64,000 bases of DNA from an uncultured virus (IMG/VR IMGVR_UViG_3300020050_005616) (lineage: Duplodnaviria > Heunggongvirae > Uroviricota > Caudoviricetes), in the IMG/VR virus record IMGVR_UViG_3300020050_005616; one strand, written 5' to 3'. Made by a program: the position numbers and the translations under genes. This document shows positions 47,129 to 56,253 of the stretch, piece by piece. Below the pieces are notes generated by a model. That model was given only the letters and a program-made list of their open reading frames with translations. It was not told the origin of the DNA and did no database searches. Every line of letters starts with the position of its first letter. The stretch's first letter is position 1.

Positions 47129-48556
47129 ATGAATACATTCTGTAAAGCTAGTCCTTGTCCAATCATATTAAATTCGTCTTGCGTATTCTACGAAGGACCA
47201 AACTTAGTATGTACTGGTATATATACTAATGAAACCCTTGAATCTGTAATACAAAAAATTAATGCTGCATTATGTTCTGTTAGTGGTACTTCTGGCACTA
47301 GTGGTACTTCTGGTACTTCTGGCACTAGTGGTACTAGTGGAACTAGTGGAACTAGTGGTGTTATTATATTAGGAGGTGGTCCTTCTTCTTCTGTAAGAAT
47401 TGGTGTTGGTAATACTTCTGCTGGTGGACATAGTGCTTCATTAGGTGGTAGAAATAACACTGCTTCTGGTAATTGTGCAACAATTAGTGGAGGTTATTGT
47501 AACACTGCTTCTTGTAATTATTCAACAATTGGTGGTGGTTCTGGTAACACTGCTTCTGGTAGTCGTTCAACAGTAGGCGGTGGTGAATGTAATAGTGCTT
47601 CTGGTAGCACATCCACAATTGGTGGTGGTTCTTATAACAATGCGTCAGGATTGGCTTCAACCATTGGTGGTGGTGGTAAATACTTCCAGAATGGTGGGTG
47701 GTATGGTAAAGGTAATATTGCTTCTGGTACTTTTGCAACAATCGGTGGTGGTTATTATAATATTGCTTCTTTTGGATTTTCAACAATTGGAGGTGGTAAG
47801 CAAAACACTGCTTCTAATGGGTCAACAATTGGTGGTGGTGTTGGTAATATTGCTTCTGGTTCTTGTTCAACAATTGGTGGTGGTTCTAATACTGCTTCTG
47901 GGAATTGTTCAACTGTTGGTGGTGGTTATAGTAATACTGCTTCTGGTTATGCATCCACAATTGCTGGTGGTTATCAAAATACTGCTTCTTGTTGTTCTTC
48001 AACGATTGGGGGTGGTAATGGAAATGTTGCTTCTGATTTTTGTTCAACAATAAGTGGAGGTTATTGCAATACTGCTACTGGTTATTCTTCAACAGTTGGT
48101 GGTGGTTGTTGTAATGCTGCTTCTTGTATTGGTTCAACAATTGGTGGTGGTTTAAGTAATATTGCTTCTGGTTGTACTTCAACAGTTGGTGGCGGTTACG
48201 GTAGTGTTGCTTCTGGGGATTATTCCTCAATATTAGGCGGTTATACTAATACAGCCTCTCAATATGCTTCATCTGTCGGAGGAGGTAAAAATAATAATGC
48301 TTGTAGTTGTTTTTCAACAGTTGGTGGTGGTTTACAAAACACTGCTTCTGGTTATTATTCTGCAATATTAGGAGGGAAACTTAACAACACAAATTTTTGT
48401 GCTTGTGCAATGATAGTTGGTAGTAATATTACTGCTGATAGAGGTAATACTACATTTGTAAACAGCTTATCTATCAAAAATATTCCAACTTCTCCTGTTG
48501 GTTTACCAAGTGGTACTGTTTGGAGATTGGGCACATCAGTTTGTATTATACCCTAA
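47129..48556 (+). CDS. Fibre/adhesin: Cys-rich anchor, (GTS)n collagen-like segment and 14-aa Gly-rich beta-roll repeats (YadA-head-like)
   Basis: Repeats of ASGxxSTIGGGxxN; GTSGTS tract at about 47282-47358. Confidence 0.75.
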   Translation: MNTFCKASPCPIILNSSCVFYEGPNLVCTGIYTNETLESVIQKINAALCSVSGTSGTSGTSGTSGTSGTSGTSGTSGVIILGGGPSSSVRIGVGNTSAGGHSASLGGRNNTASGNCATISGGYCNTASCNYSTIGGGSGNTASGSRSTVGGGECNSASGSTSTIGGGSYNNASGLASTIGGGGKYFQNGGWYGKGNIASGTFATIGGGYYNIASFGFSTIGGGKQNTASNGSTIGGGVGNIASGSCSTIGGGSNTASGNCSTVGGGYSNTASGYASTIAGGYQNTASCCSSTIGGGNGNVASDFCSTISGGYCNTATGYSSTVGGGCCNAASCIGSTIGGGLSNIASGCTSTVGGGYGSVASGDYSSILGGYTNTASQYASSVGGGKNNNACSCFSTVGGGLQNTASGYYSAILGGKLNNTNFCACAMIVGSNITADRGNTTFVNSLSIKNIPTSPVGLPSGTVWRLGTSVCIIP

Positions 48557-48567
48557 TAATAATTTTA

Positions 48568-48575
48568 TATCTTTG
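48568..48575 (+). promoter_or_regulatory. Bacteroidota -7 element
   Basis: TATCTTTG about 30 nt upstream of the ATG at 48606. Confidence 0.5.
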
Positions 48576-48605
48576 TATTTTTAACTTTAATAAATATTTA
48601 TAACA

Positions 48606-48938
48606 ATGGAAAATTTCACAATTCATATCTTTGGATATGGCGAAACCCAAATCAATTCAAAAGAATTATCAGTAAAAGTATCTACAGATACATTAACTAC
48701 TGTAACTCCTTTAGTAGAAGCAATTTTTGCTAAAAAACCTGCAGATAACCCTGCTGTTATTTCTCCTTTTCATGCAATCAATATCTTTGGATATAAAGAT
48801 GTAAGATGGGTGAATAAAGATTCATTCACTGTAAAAGATGATGAAGAATTAAAACCTCTTATTGATGCTTTAATTGCTGAGTTACAAATTGCAAAAGATA
48901 ACTTAACTACTACTACTACAACTACTGTTGCTGTATAA
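48606..48938 (+). CDS. Hypothetical protein with poly-Thr tail
   Basis: 110 aa, internal repeat I(H/N)IFGY, ends TTTTTTTVAV. Confidence 0.7.
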   Translation: MENFTIHIFGYGETQINSKELSVKVSTDTLTTVTPLVEAIFAKKPADNPAVISPFHAINIFGYKDVRWVNKDSFTVKDDEELKPLIDALIAELQIAKDNLTTTTTTTVAV

Positions 48939-48966
48939 TAATTAGTTTTTTTGTATTAAATGTATG

Positions 48967-49002
48967 AAAAGGATAAGGTTTTATTAATCTTATCCTTTTT
49001 TT
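48967..49002 (+). terminator. Rho-independent terminator
   Basis: AAAAGGATAAG...CTTATCCTTTTTTT. Confidence 0.75.
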
Positions 49003-49005
49003 GTT

Positions 49006-49013
49006 TATCTTTG
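49006..49013 (+). promoter_or_regulatory. Bacteroidota -7 element for the sulfation operon
   Basis: TATCTTTG about 20 nt upstream of the ATG at 49033. Confidence 0.5.
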
Positions 49014-49032
49014 TAACTAAAATCAATTAATT

Positions 49033-49854
49033 ATGAAGAAAAGAATTTTATTTAACTCCTCTCTTCCAAGAGCAGGATCTACTCTTCTGCAAAATATTAT
49101 TGCAGATAATCCAGATTTTCATTGTACACCTACATCAGGATTTTTAGAACTATTATTAAGTGCTAAGAATGCATATAATCATGGTGAAGCATTTAAAGCA
49201 CAAGATGCTGAACTAATGAGAAAAGCTTTCTTGGGGTTTTGTCACAATGCTATGCATGGATATTTTAATGCTCTTACAGACAAACCTTTTGTATTAGATA
49301 AGAATAGAGGTTGGGGAATACATTTTAATCTAGCTAGTGAGTTTATGGTGGCTCCTAAAGTGGTATGTATGATTAGAGATGTAAGAGCTGTATATTCTTC
49401 TATGGAGAAAAACTTTCGTAAGAATCCTACACAAGAGAATCATGTTCAAAATCCTAATCAATTAGTAGGTACCACTCTTCAAAAAAGAATTAATCTATGG
49501 GCTGATGGGCCACCAGTTGGTATATCTATGGATAGATTAAAAGATGTGTTTGATCAAGGATTAGATAAGAAGATCTTATTTATTCGTTATGAAGATTTAA
49601 TGGATTTTCCTGAACAAGAGATGAGACGTTTCTATGATTATATGGAACTTCCATATTATGAAGGACATAATTTTGAAACTGTTACACAACATACACATGA
49701 GAATGATGTTATCCATGGAATCTATGGTGATCATAAACTAAGACCAAAGTTTGAAAGAAAGCCTGATGATTTTGAAGAAGTCTTAGGATTTGAAAACTGT
49801 CAATCAATTAAAAACACATATCCTTGGTTCTTCAAGAAATTTGGATACGTATAA
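49033..49854 (+). CDS. PAPS-dependent sulfotransferase
   Basis: 5'-PSB loop SLPRAGSTLL, 3'-PB motif RDVRAVYSS, and IRYEDL...P. Confidence 0.85.
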   Translation: MKKRILFNSSLPRAGSTLLQNIIADNPDFHCTPTSGFLELLLSAKNAYNHGEAFKAQDAELMRKAFLGFCHNAMHGYFNALTDKPFVLDKNRGWGIHFNLASEFMVAPKVVCMIRDVRAVYSSMEKNFRKNPTQENHVQNPNQLVGTTLQKRINLWADGPPVGISMDRLKDVFDQGLDKKILFIRYEDLMDFPEQEMRRFYDYMELPYYEGHNFETVTQHTHENDVIHGIYGDHKLRPKFERKPDDFEEVLGFENCQSIKNTYPWFFKKFGYV

Positions 49855-49864
49855 ATCAACCAAC

Positions 49865-50737
49865 ATGAATATAATATTTGATATATCAGGAGGCTTAGGA
49901 AAGAATGTTCTTTCTACAGCTGTATTAAAAGCTATTAGAACTGAACATCCTAAAGCAAACGTAATTGTTCTTACATCTTATCCAGATGTATTTATTGGTA
50001 ATCCAAATATAAATAAGGTGTTAGTTCATGGAACTACAACAGGTATTTATAAAGATTATATAGGAGGTAAAGATAATACAAAGGTGTTCATCACTGATCC
50101 TTACACTACATCTGATTACTTAACAGAATCAAAACCTCTAATTGAGATATGGTGTAAACTGTGCGAGGTGCCCTATAATAATGAATTACCTGAATTGTTT
50201 ATATCTAAAACAGAAGTGGAATATTATGCTCCATTCTACCAATTAGATAAACCTATTATGGTTATTCAACCTAATGGTGGTCCTCAAGATCAATCATTAA
50301 AATATAGCTGGGTAAGAGATATTCCTTCTCCAGTAATCAATGATGTAATACAACATTACAAAAAAGATTATACAATTGTACATATCAAACGTGAGGATCA
50401 GATTATATATGAAGACACAACAGGAGCACTTGATTCATTCAGAAGTATAGCTGTTCTATTGTCTTTAGCACAAAGAAGACTTCTTATTGATTCATCAGCT
50501 ATGCATATTGCTGCAGCTCTAGGACTTCCAAGTCTTGTATGCTGGATAGGAACAAATCCAAAGGTGTTTGGTTATGAAATGCATGGTAATATAGAAGCTA
50601 ATGCTCCAGATAAAGAATTAAACTTTGATCATTCATACTTACAGAAGCTTCCTTTGTTTGAAGATATTTCTAGATGTCCTTATACAGAACTATCAAGTAT
50701 ATTCAATAGTGAAGATATAATTAAAGCATTGAAATAA
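49865..50737 (+). CDS. GT9-like (GT-B fold, heptosyltransferase-like) glycosyltransferase
   Basis: GGLGK, F.GNP.I and IDSSAMHIAAALGLPS...W..T.P..FGY motifs. Start set at the ATG at 49865. Confidence 0.75.
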   Translation: MNIIFDISGGLGKNVLSTAVLKAIRTEHPKANVIVLTSYPDVFIGNPNINKVLVHGTTTGIYKDYIGGKDNTKVFITDPYTTSDYLTESKPLIEIWCKLCEVPYNNELPELFISKTEVEYYAPFYQLDKPIMVIQPNGGPQDQSLKYSWVRDIPSPVINDVIQHYKKDYTIVHIKREDQIIYEDTTGALDSFRSIAVLLSLAQRRLLIDSSAMHIAAALGLPSLVCWIGTNPKVFGYEMHGNIEANAPDKELNFDHSYLQKLPLFEDISRCPYTELSSIFNSEDIIKALK

Positions 50738-51183
50738 TGGCAGTATATTGGTTTACAGGACAGCCTTCACATGGTAAAACAGTGTTGGCTAAATTGCTAA
50801 AAGAAGAACTACAAAAGCATGGGCAAGTATTTCATATAGATGGTGATGATCTAAGAGCTCTTACATTAAATAAAGACTTTTCTGAACAAGGAAGAATAGA
50901 TAATGTTAAGGGTGCACAGAAGATAGCACACTATTTATATAACCAAAATTATATAGTGGTGGTATCTGTTATCGCTCCTTATAGATGGCAAAGAGAAGAA
51001 CTAAAAACTATGCTTGGTGCAGATCTTGTGGAACTCTATGTTCATACAACCTCACCTAGAGAAAGAGATCATTTTAGTGTAAAAGATTATGAAGCTCCAT
51101 TAGAAAACTTTATAGATGTAGACACTACAGATGATACACCAGAAGAATCAATTGTTAAAATCTTAAATATTATTCATGGATAA
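50737..51183 (+). CDS. cysC: Adenylyl-sulfate (APS) kinase
   Basis: WFTGQPSHGKT P-loop, DGDDLR, FS..GR..NV, IAPY and YEAP motifs. Confidence 0.85.
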   Translation: MAVYWFTGQPSHGKTVLAKLLKEELQKHGQVFHIDGDDLRALTLNKDFSEQGRIDNVKGAQKIAHYLYNQNYIVVVSVIAPYRWQREELKTMLGADLVELYVHTTSPRERDHFSVKDYEAPLENFIDVDTTDDTPEESIVKILNIIHG

Positions 51184-51514
51184 GAAAAACACTATATTTT
51201 GTGATATTGATGGTACTATTTTTAAATATCGTAAATTTGAAACATATAAAACATCAAAAGCTGAATCTATATCTTCAACTGTAGAATATTTAAACGAACA
51301 AAATAAGAAAGGTCACATGATTGTTTTAACAACAGCTAGACCTGATTATCTTCTTGAACATACAATTTGGGAATTAGAAAATAATTTAATACCTTATCAT
51401 AAACTAATAATGGGTATTGAAAGAGGGCCTAGATATTTAATTAATGATATGGATCCTAAAAAAGAAGGTGAAAGAGCAATAGCAGTAAATTTAATAAGAG
51501 ATCAAGGATTTTAA
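51176..51514 (+). CDS. Small cap-less HAD-superfamily phosphatase
   Basis: CDIDGT, LTTAR and INDM motifs. Confidence 0.75.
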   Translation: MDKKNTIFCDIDGTIFKYRKFETYKTSKAESISSTVEYLNEQNKKGHMIVLTTARPDYLLEHTIWELENNLIPYHKLIMGIERGPRYLINDMDPKKEGERAIAVNLIRDQGF

Positions 51515-51526
51515 AAATAAAAACAT

Positions 51527-51961
51527 ATGGAAAATTGGAGTAAAAAAGTACACGTAGAATCATCAATTCCTTCTAAGGAAGGACAGTTTGCAATGTTTGT
51601 TGGTCGTTGGCAACCATTGCACGAAAGCCATATAAAACTATTTCAACAAGCAGTTTTAGAGGGAAAAAATATTTTAATATGTGTTCGAGATGGAGAGGTA
51701 AATGATAAAAACCCTTATACCGCAAAACAAGTAAAAAAAGCAATAAAGGGTATGAGTAAAAATTGGTGGACAGAGGATATTTTACCTTTAATAGAGGAAT
51801 TAAAACCAAAAGTGAAAGTAATAATAATACCAGATATTGAATCGGTTAATTTTGGCAGAGGTGTTGGATATGACATTGTAGAGTATGTTCCACCAACAGA
51901 AATTGCTGATATATCTGCTACAAAGATTAGAGAGCAAATGCGTAAAGATGGTGAGTTATGA
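51527..51961 (+). CDS. HIGH-family nucleotidyltransferase (cytidylyltransferase-like)
   Basis: GRWQPLHESH (HxxH), NPY and ISATKIR motifs. Confidence 0.75.
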   Translation: MENWSKKVHVESSIPSKEGQFAMFVGRWQPLHESHIKLFQQAVLEGKNILICVRDGEVNDKNPYTAKQVKKAIKGMSKNWWTEDILPLIEELKPKVKVIIIPDIESVNFGRGVGYDIVEYVPPTEIADISATKIREQMRKDGEL

Positions 51962-52167
51962 ATGTAGAAAAGAAAAGACACATAGCTAAAACTGTAAGCT
52001 ATAGATTACTTAGCACACTAATTGGATTTGCAATCATGTTAGTTATAACAGGATCATTAAAGATGGGAGCTGCATTTGGTGTAGTAGAATTACTCTATAA
52101 ACCTGTACAATATTACATCCATGAAAGGATATGGTACAGATGGATTAAATATGGATTAAAAAATTAA
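51958..52167 (+). CDS. DUF2061-like small membrane protein
   Basis: RH.AKT.SYR and YY.HER.W motifs. Confidence 0.75.
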   Translation: MNVEKKRHIAKTVSYRLLSTLIGFAIMLVITGSLKMGAAFGVVELLYKPVQYYIHERIWYRWIKYGLKN

Positions 52168-52170
52168 AAG

Positions 52171-52194
52171 AAAACCCTCTACATGAGGGTTTTT
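52171..52194. terminator. Bidirectional terminator between convergent genes
   Basis: AAAACCCTC-TACAT-GAGGGTTTTT. Confidence 0.7.
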
Positions 52195-55142
52195 ATTTGT
52201 TCTATCACCATGTCTGGTGTTATACTCTTTTGACATTCAAACTGTCTCTCTGTGTCTTTATGAACAGGGCACCAGTCCCAATCTCCTTTATCAAACTTAT
52301 ATTTTGGATCATTCCAACATCCATGGCACACATTTGTATTCACTGGTCTTAAACATTCAAACTCGTGATGCTTATCAGTGAAGTTAGAGATCATTATCAC
52401 TTCTTTACCAAGGCCCCAAGCTAACCAGCTAAGCCCACTAGATAGTCCTATAAAGAACTTGCTTTCATCAATAACACGCATAGTGTTAGTCATTGAGGTG
52501 TCAAGTAATCCTTGACAGTTGTCAAATGGATTTTTTTCTAATGATGTATTTCTCACTGTATATCCTTGACCATGTATATAGTTAATCACCTCTTGCCAAT
52601 TCTCTCTGGTCCAGAACTTACATCCTGCAGTACTATTAGTTGCAATAGTTATATACATACCTTGCTCATGTGATTTTTTATATGCAAGTCTTGGCTTGAT
52701 TTCTTTATAAGGAAGACCTAGAATGTTTGTAGCTGTTTGCTGAAGAGGAATTGTATTAGGGAGAGTAGGTTCTTTGTGTTCATTATAGAACCAACCTATT
52801 TTATACATTCCATATATATTGTTAACTACAGTTCCTGGAGCTACAAACTCTAGCATTGGATATTCCTTTTCAAACAAGAAGTTCTTGAATGTACTTACAA
52901 TCACCTCACAGTTGTGTAAACATCTAAACTCTTCTACATAAGGCATCCAAGCTATTGTATCTCCTAGAGATGAGCTATCAAAAGCAATATACACTCTTCT
53001 ACCTTCTAGATTCAAAAACTTATTATACACTTCCACACCATCTTTGTACACAATAGTTTGCCACTTAGTGTAATATTCTCTACTAAGTTTTATCCAATGG
53101 TTGCACTTTATTTTATCATAATGAACTAACTTTTCACCATCATAAAACTCTACATAAAATTCACTGGTAGATGTACCAGTTATCTCTAAGAATGGTTGGC
53201 CTACGAAGTGTTGTGTTATATTATAATCATTTATGTCATTTTTGTGTGGAATAACAGACATTACATTTTTATATAAGTTTGCATGAAGTTTACCAAAAAC
53301 TTCATGCGTATTATCTGTTGGAACATCATATTTCATTAGTAGTCCCAGTATTGGAGAGTTTAAGTCTACACTCTCTGTTATATAATTAGTATACATATCT
53401 TTATATTGTGGAAGATTTTTAGCTATTATAGGTAGGCCATAACTTACAGCCTCTTTAAGTACAATTGGATTACATTCCCATGTGCTGTTAAACATAAATA
53501 CATCAGCAGCTAACATAAAATGATGAATGTCATTTCGTTCTCCCCATATCTTTACATTCTCAGGTAGATCTTTCATTAAAGGTTCCCAGTAGTGTTTGAA
53601 GTTACCAGCTTGGTTACCTATAAAGTGAAACATCACATTAGGATATTTACGAGCAATAGCTAATCCTTCAGCTTGATTCTTACCAGGAGTCCAAAGTCCT
53701 ACATTTATAACATGTCTACCACCAAGACTCATACCTAAAAGTTCTTTATACTGTCTCTTTAATGTCTTAGATACTGGTTCTTTGTCTATAGGATATTCAA
53801 TTACTTCTTTATATCCATCAAGGTTAGCAAATGTATCTACATGATAAGGAGTACAGAATGCATATGCATCAGGTGTGAATATTTTACTAGCAGGATCAAA
53901 AGATACATCATGACATGTTTCTACTATTCTATACTTTCTACTAGGAGAATATAGTTTAGTAATCATCTCTCTATCCATTCTCTCAGACATTTCATCTATA
54001 TGAATAACATCTGGTTGCCATCCATCTATTATATCAAACAGTTTCATTTTATCTTCCCATAGTGTATGGAAGTGTGGATCTACAATATCCATGATTTGAT
54101 TTCTTTGTACAACATAATCAATACCATGACATTGATATTCTACAACAAAAATCTCTACATCTGTATTAGCTTGTAATGCCTCTATTCTTTTAAGAAGAAA
54201 CTGTGGCATACCTCCTGTAGATAGATGAGGTGCAAGGAACATCACTCTCATAGATTTAGACATCTTAGACATTATTTTAGACATTACAATAGGATCTTTC
54301 TCTCCATGTAAGAATAACAATTGTTCTTTACTCTCTGGTAGTTTAAACCAAGGCTTAACCATTGTTCCCCAATTATTCTCTTCATAAATCTGATCTAGTT
54401 TATCAAGACTAGCATTAGTGTAAATATATGGAAGCCCTATATGTATATCATGTTTCCATAGAAGAACATTAAGAATAGTTTCTTCGTGATAGGGAGCATA
54501 GTGTTGTGGATTTTTAAGAATGATAGGATGATTACACATCCAACTCCATTCATCTAAAAAGTTTATAGTGTTTGCACCAGCTACAAAATAACCTGTTTGT
54601 CTGTATTTATTTCTTCTCTCTTGAGAAACATTGAATAATTGACATGCTGGATATTCTAATGTTTCATGAGCAGTGGTTCCTCCTCTACCATTAATAAATA
54701 AATAATCATATATACCCTCTACAAAATATGGATGTCCACATTCAGTATTATACATATCAAATATACTATCTATATATGATGTAGCTACACTATCAGAATC
54801 TACATAACATATTGTATTAGCAAAGTGTTCAAGAGCATGCTTTACAATAAGAGGCCTTTGTATTAATAGATTGTATATTCGAGAATCATCTCTATCTATA
54901 TAAGCTTGTATAGGTAAGTCTTCAATGTCACATTCCCAATATACAGCATTAGCTCCAGGAACCTCACTGTGACAATTTAACATATAAACTGTAATTGGTA
55001 TATTACTCACCTTATTAATACTCTCTACAGCTATACATACAGTATTATAATAAGATGCATTTGCATATAATACGTACATTTTTTCCTCTTTTATACGTAC
55101 ATCCGTATAATCTTTATTTTTGGATATAGAACTATGTGACAT
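52179..55142 (-). CDS. Three-domain glycosyltransferase: GT-A (DxD), GT4-like GT-B, and Aah/TibC-like autotransporter O-heptosyltransferase domain
   Basis: YVDSD; APHLSTGGMPQ, KNQ and E..PIVLKEA...GLP; SSSLGDTIAW.PY, FIGLSSGLSWLAW, CHGCWN and WCP.HK...QFEC.K.IT. Confidence 0.8.
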   Translation of the reverse strand: MSHSSISKNKDYTDVRIKEEKMYVLYANASYYNTVCIAVESINKVSNIPITVYMLNCHSEVPGANAVYWECDIEDLPIQAYIDRDDSRIYNLLIQRPLIVKHALEHFANTICYVDSDSVATSYIDSIFDMYNTECGHPYFVEGIYDYLFINGRGGTTAHETLEYPACQLFNVSQERRNKYRQTGYFVAGANTINFLDEWSWMCNHPIILKNPQHYAPYHEETILNVLLWKHDIHIGLPYIYTNASLDKLDQIYEENNWGTMVKPWFKLPESKEQLLFLHGEKDPIVMSKIMSKMSKSMRVMFLAPHLSTGGMPQFLLKRIEALQANTDVEIFVVEYQCHGIDYVVQRNQIMDIVDPHFHTLWEDKMKLFDIIDGWQPDVIHIDEMSERMDREMITKLYSPSRKYRIVETCHDVSFDPASKIFTPDAYAFCTPYHVDTFANLDGYKEVIEYPIDKEPVSKTLKRQYKELLGMSLGGRHVINVGLWTPGKNQAEGLAIARKYPNVMFHFIGNQAGNFKHYWEPLMKDLPENVKIWGERNDIHHFMLAADVFMFNSTWECNPIVLKEAVSYGLPIIAKNLPQYKDMYTNYITESVDLNSPILGLLMKYDVPTDNTHEVFGKLHANLYKNVMSVIPHKNDINDYNITQHFVGQPFLEITGTSTSEFYVEFYDGEKLVHYDKIKCNHWIKLSREYYTKWQTIVYKDGVEVYNKFLNLEGRRVYIAFDSSSLGDTIAWMPYVEEFRCLHNCEVIVSTFKNFLFEKEYPMLEFVAPGTVVNNIYGMYKIGWFYNEHKEPTLPNTIPLQQTATNILGLPYKEIKPRLAYKKSHEQGMYITIATNSTAGCKFWTRENWQEVINYIHGQGYTVRNTSLEKNPFDNCQGLLDTSMTNTMRVIDESKFFIGLSSGLSWLAWGLGKEVIMISNFTDKHHEFECLRPVNTNVCHGCWNDPKYKFDKGDWDWCPVHKDTERQFECQKSITPDMVIEQIKTLM

Positions 55143-55161
55143 GCTTTTTATTTTTAGTAAA

Positions 55162-55169
55162 CAAAGATA
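55162..55169 (-). promoter_or_regulatory. Bacteroidota -7 element for the minus-strand glycosyltransferase
   Basis: CAAAGATA on + is TATCTTTG on -, about 20 nt upstream of the start at 55142. Confidence 0.55.
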
Positions 55170-55189
55170 TAAAAATATATTTATCTTAT

Positions 55190-55252
55190 GCTATATTATG
55201 ATGGAAATCTATTTTAACTACTTCGTTATTCCAAATATAAATTTTATATTTG
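55190..55252 (+). promoter_or_regulatory. Lysis-cassette promoter (-7 TATATTTG) with upstream GCTATATTAT box
   Basis: TATATTTG at 55245 and GCTATATTAT at 55190. Confidence 0.5.
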
Positions 55253-55340
55253 CTATATATAAATTGGTATAATCATTGCATGATTACGAATAAACTCCTT
55301 AACTCGTATATATGTCATAATAACACCCACACTCTCCCTT

Positions 55341-55661
55341 ATGGAAAACACATTTGAACAACAAGTAGAAAAAGAACTTAAAAGCATGGATCAACGCCTA
55401 TATGATCTAGAGGAGAAAATGACTTCTATAGATACCAAACTAACACAAGTTGTAGACGCTATATTAGGAAATGCATTAACAAAAACAGGGGGATTTGTTG
55501 CTGATATATCTGAACTTAAAACAAAGATAAAAGAATTAGAAGATAAGATACAGAAACAAGAAGAATTCAAAAAGAAATTCACTTGGACTGTAGGGCTTAT
55601 ACTAGGTATTGGTGTGTTATTACAATATCTATCTACACTTTATAGAAATATAAAAGCATGA
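55341..55661 (+). CDS. Coiled-coil protein with C-terminal TM helix (holin/antiholin-like)
   Basis: Heptad pattern followed by FTWTVGLILGIGVLLQYL; first gene of the lysis cassette. Confidence 0.5.
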   Translation: MENTFEQQVEKELKSMDQRLYDLEEKMTSIDTKLTQVVDAILGNALTKTGGFVADISELKTKIKELEDKIQKQEEFKKKFTWTVGLILGIGVLLQYLSTLYRNIKA

Positions 55662-55861
55662 GTACAAAAGAGAAGATAGATTTTTATTTAAACAAATGGG
55701 TGAGCAGAAAGCTTACAGTATTTGTTGTAGCTTCTGTTGGTCTTTTTAGTGGGGTAATCACATCTACTGATTGGGTGATTGTTGCCACATCTTATATTAC
55801 TATTGAAGGAGTTACAAATATTGTAGAACGTTTATTTAAAGCAAAAGCTGGATCATTATGA
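55658..55861 (+). CDS. Putative holin
   Basis: 67 aa with SRKL motif and two hydrophobic segments, directly before the endolysin candidate. Confidence 0.6.
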   Translation: MSTKEKIDFYLNKWVSRKLTVFVVASVGLFSGVITSTDWVIVATSYITIEGVTNIVERLFKAKAGSL

Positions 55862-56253
55862 TATTAGAACTTAAGAGAAAGATATTCACAGATGACTCTA
55901 CAATAGGAGAAATATCTATTGATGGTGCATTTGTATGTTATACACTAGAGGATAAAGTGAGAGATGCTAAAATATATGGTATAACTGCTATTCCTTATGG
56001 TAAATATGAAGTGATAGTTAGTTTTTCAAATAGATTTAAACAATACATGCCTCTTTTACTTAAGGTGCCTGGATTTGAAGGTGTGAGAATACACCCAGGT
56101 AACAAATCTGCTGATACAGAAGGATGTATCCTTGTAGGAAGTTCCAAATCTTTGAACTTTATAGGTAGTTCTAGAGTGACATACAAGAGCTTGTTTGCTA
56201 AGATAAAACTAGCAGCAAAGAAAGAAAAAATCTTTATAAACATTACCAAGTAA
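55858..56253 (+). CDS. DUF5675-family protein, putative endolysin (L,D-transpeptidase-like His/Cys motif)
   Basis: TIG, CYTLED, TAIP.G.Y and IHPGN...DTEGCILVG motifs. Confidence 0.75.
   Translation: MILELKRKIFTDDSTIGEISIDGAFVCYTLEDKVRDAKIYGITAIPYGKYEVIVSFSNRFKQYMPLLLKVPGFEGVRIHPGNKSADTEGCILVGSSKSLNFIGSSRVTYKSLFAKIKLAAKKEKIFINITK

Noticed and set aside
49033..55142. Interpretation as a host capsule/LPS locus or a prophage boundary
   Set aside because: The genes are interleaved with phage fibre and lysis genes in the same style, with no flippase, polymerase, integrase or housekeeping genes.
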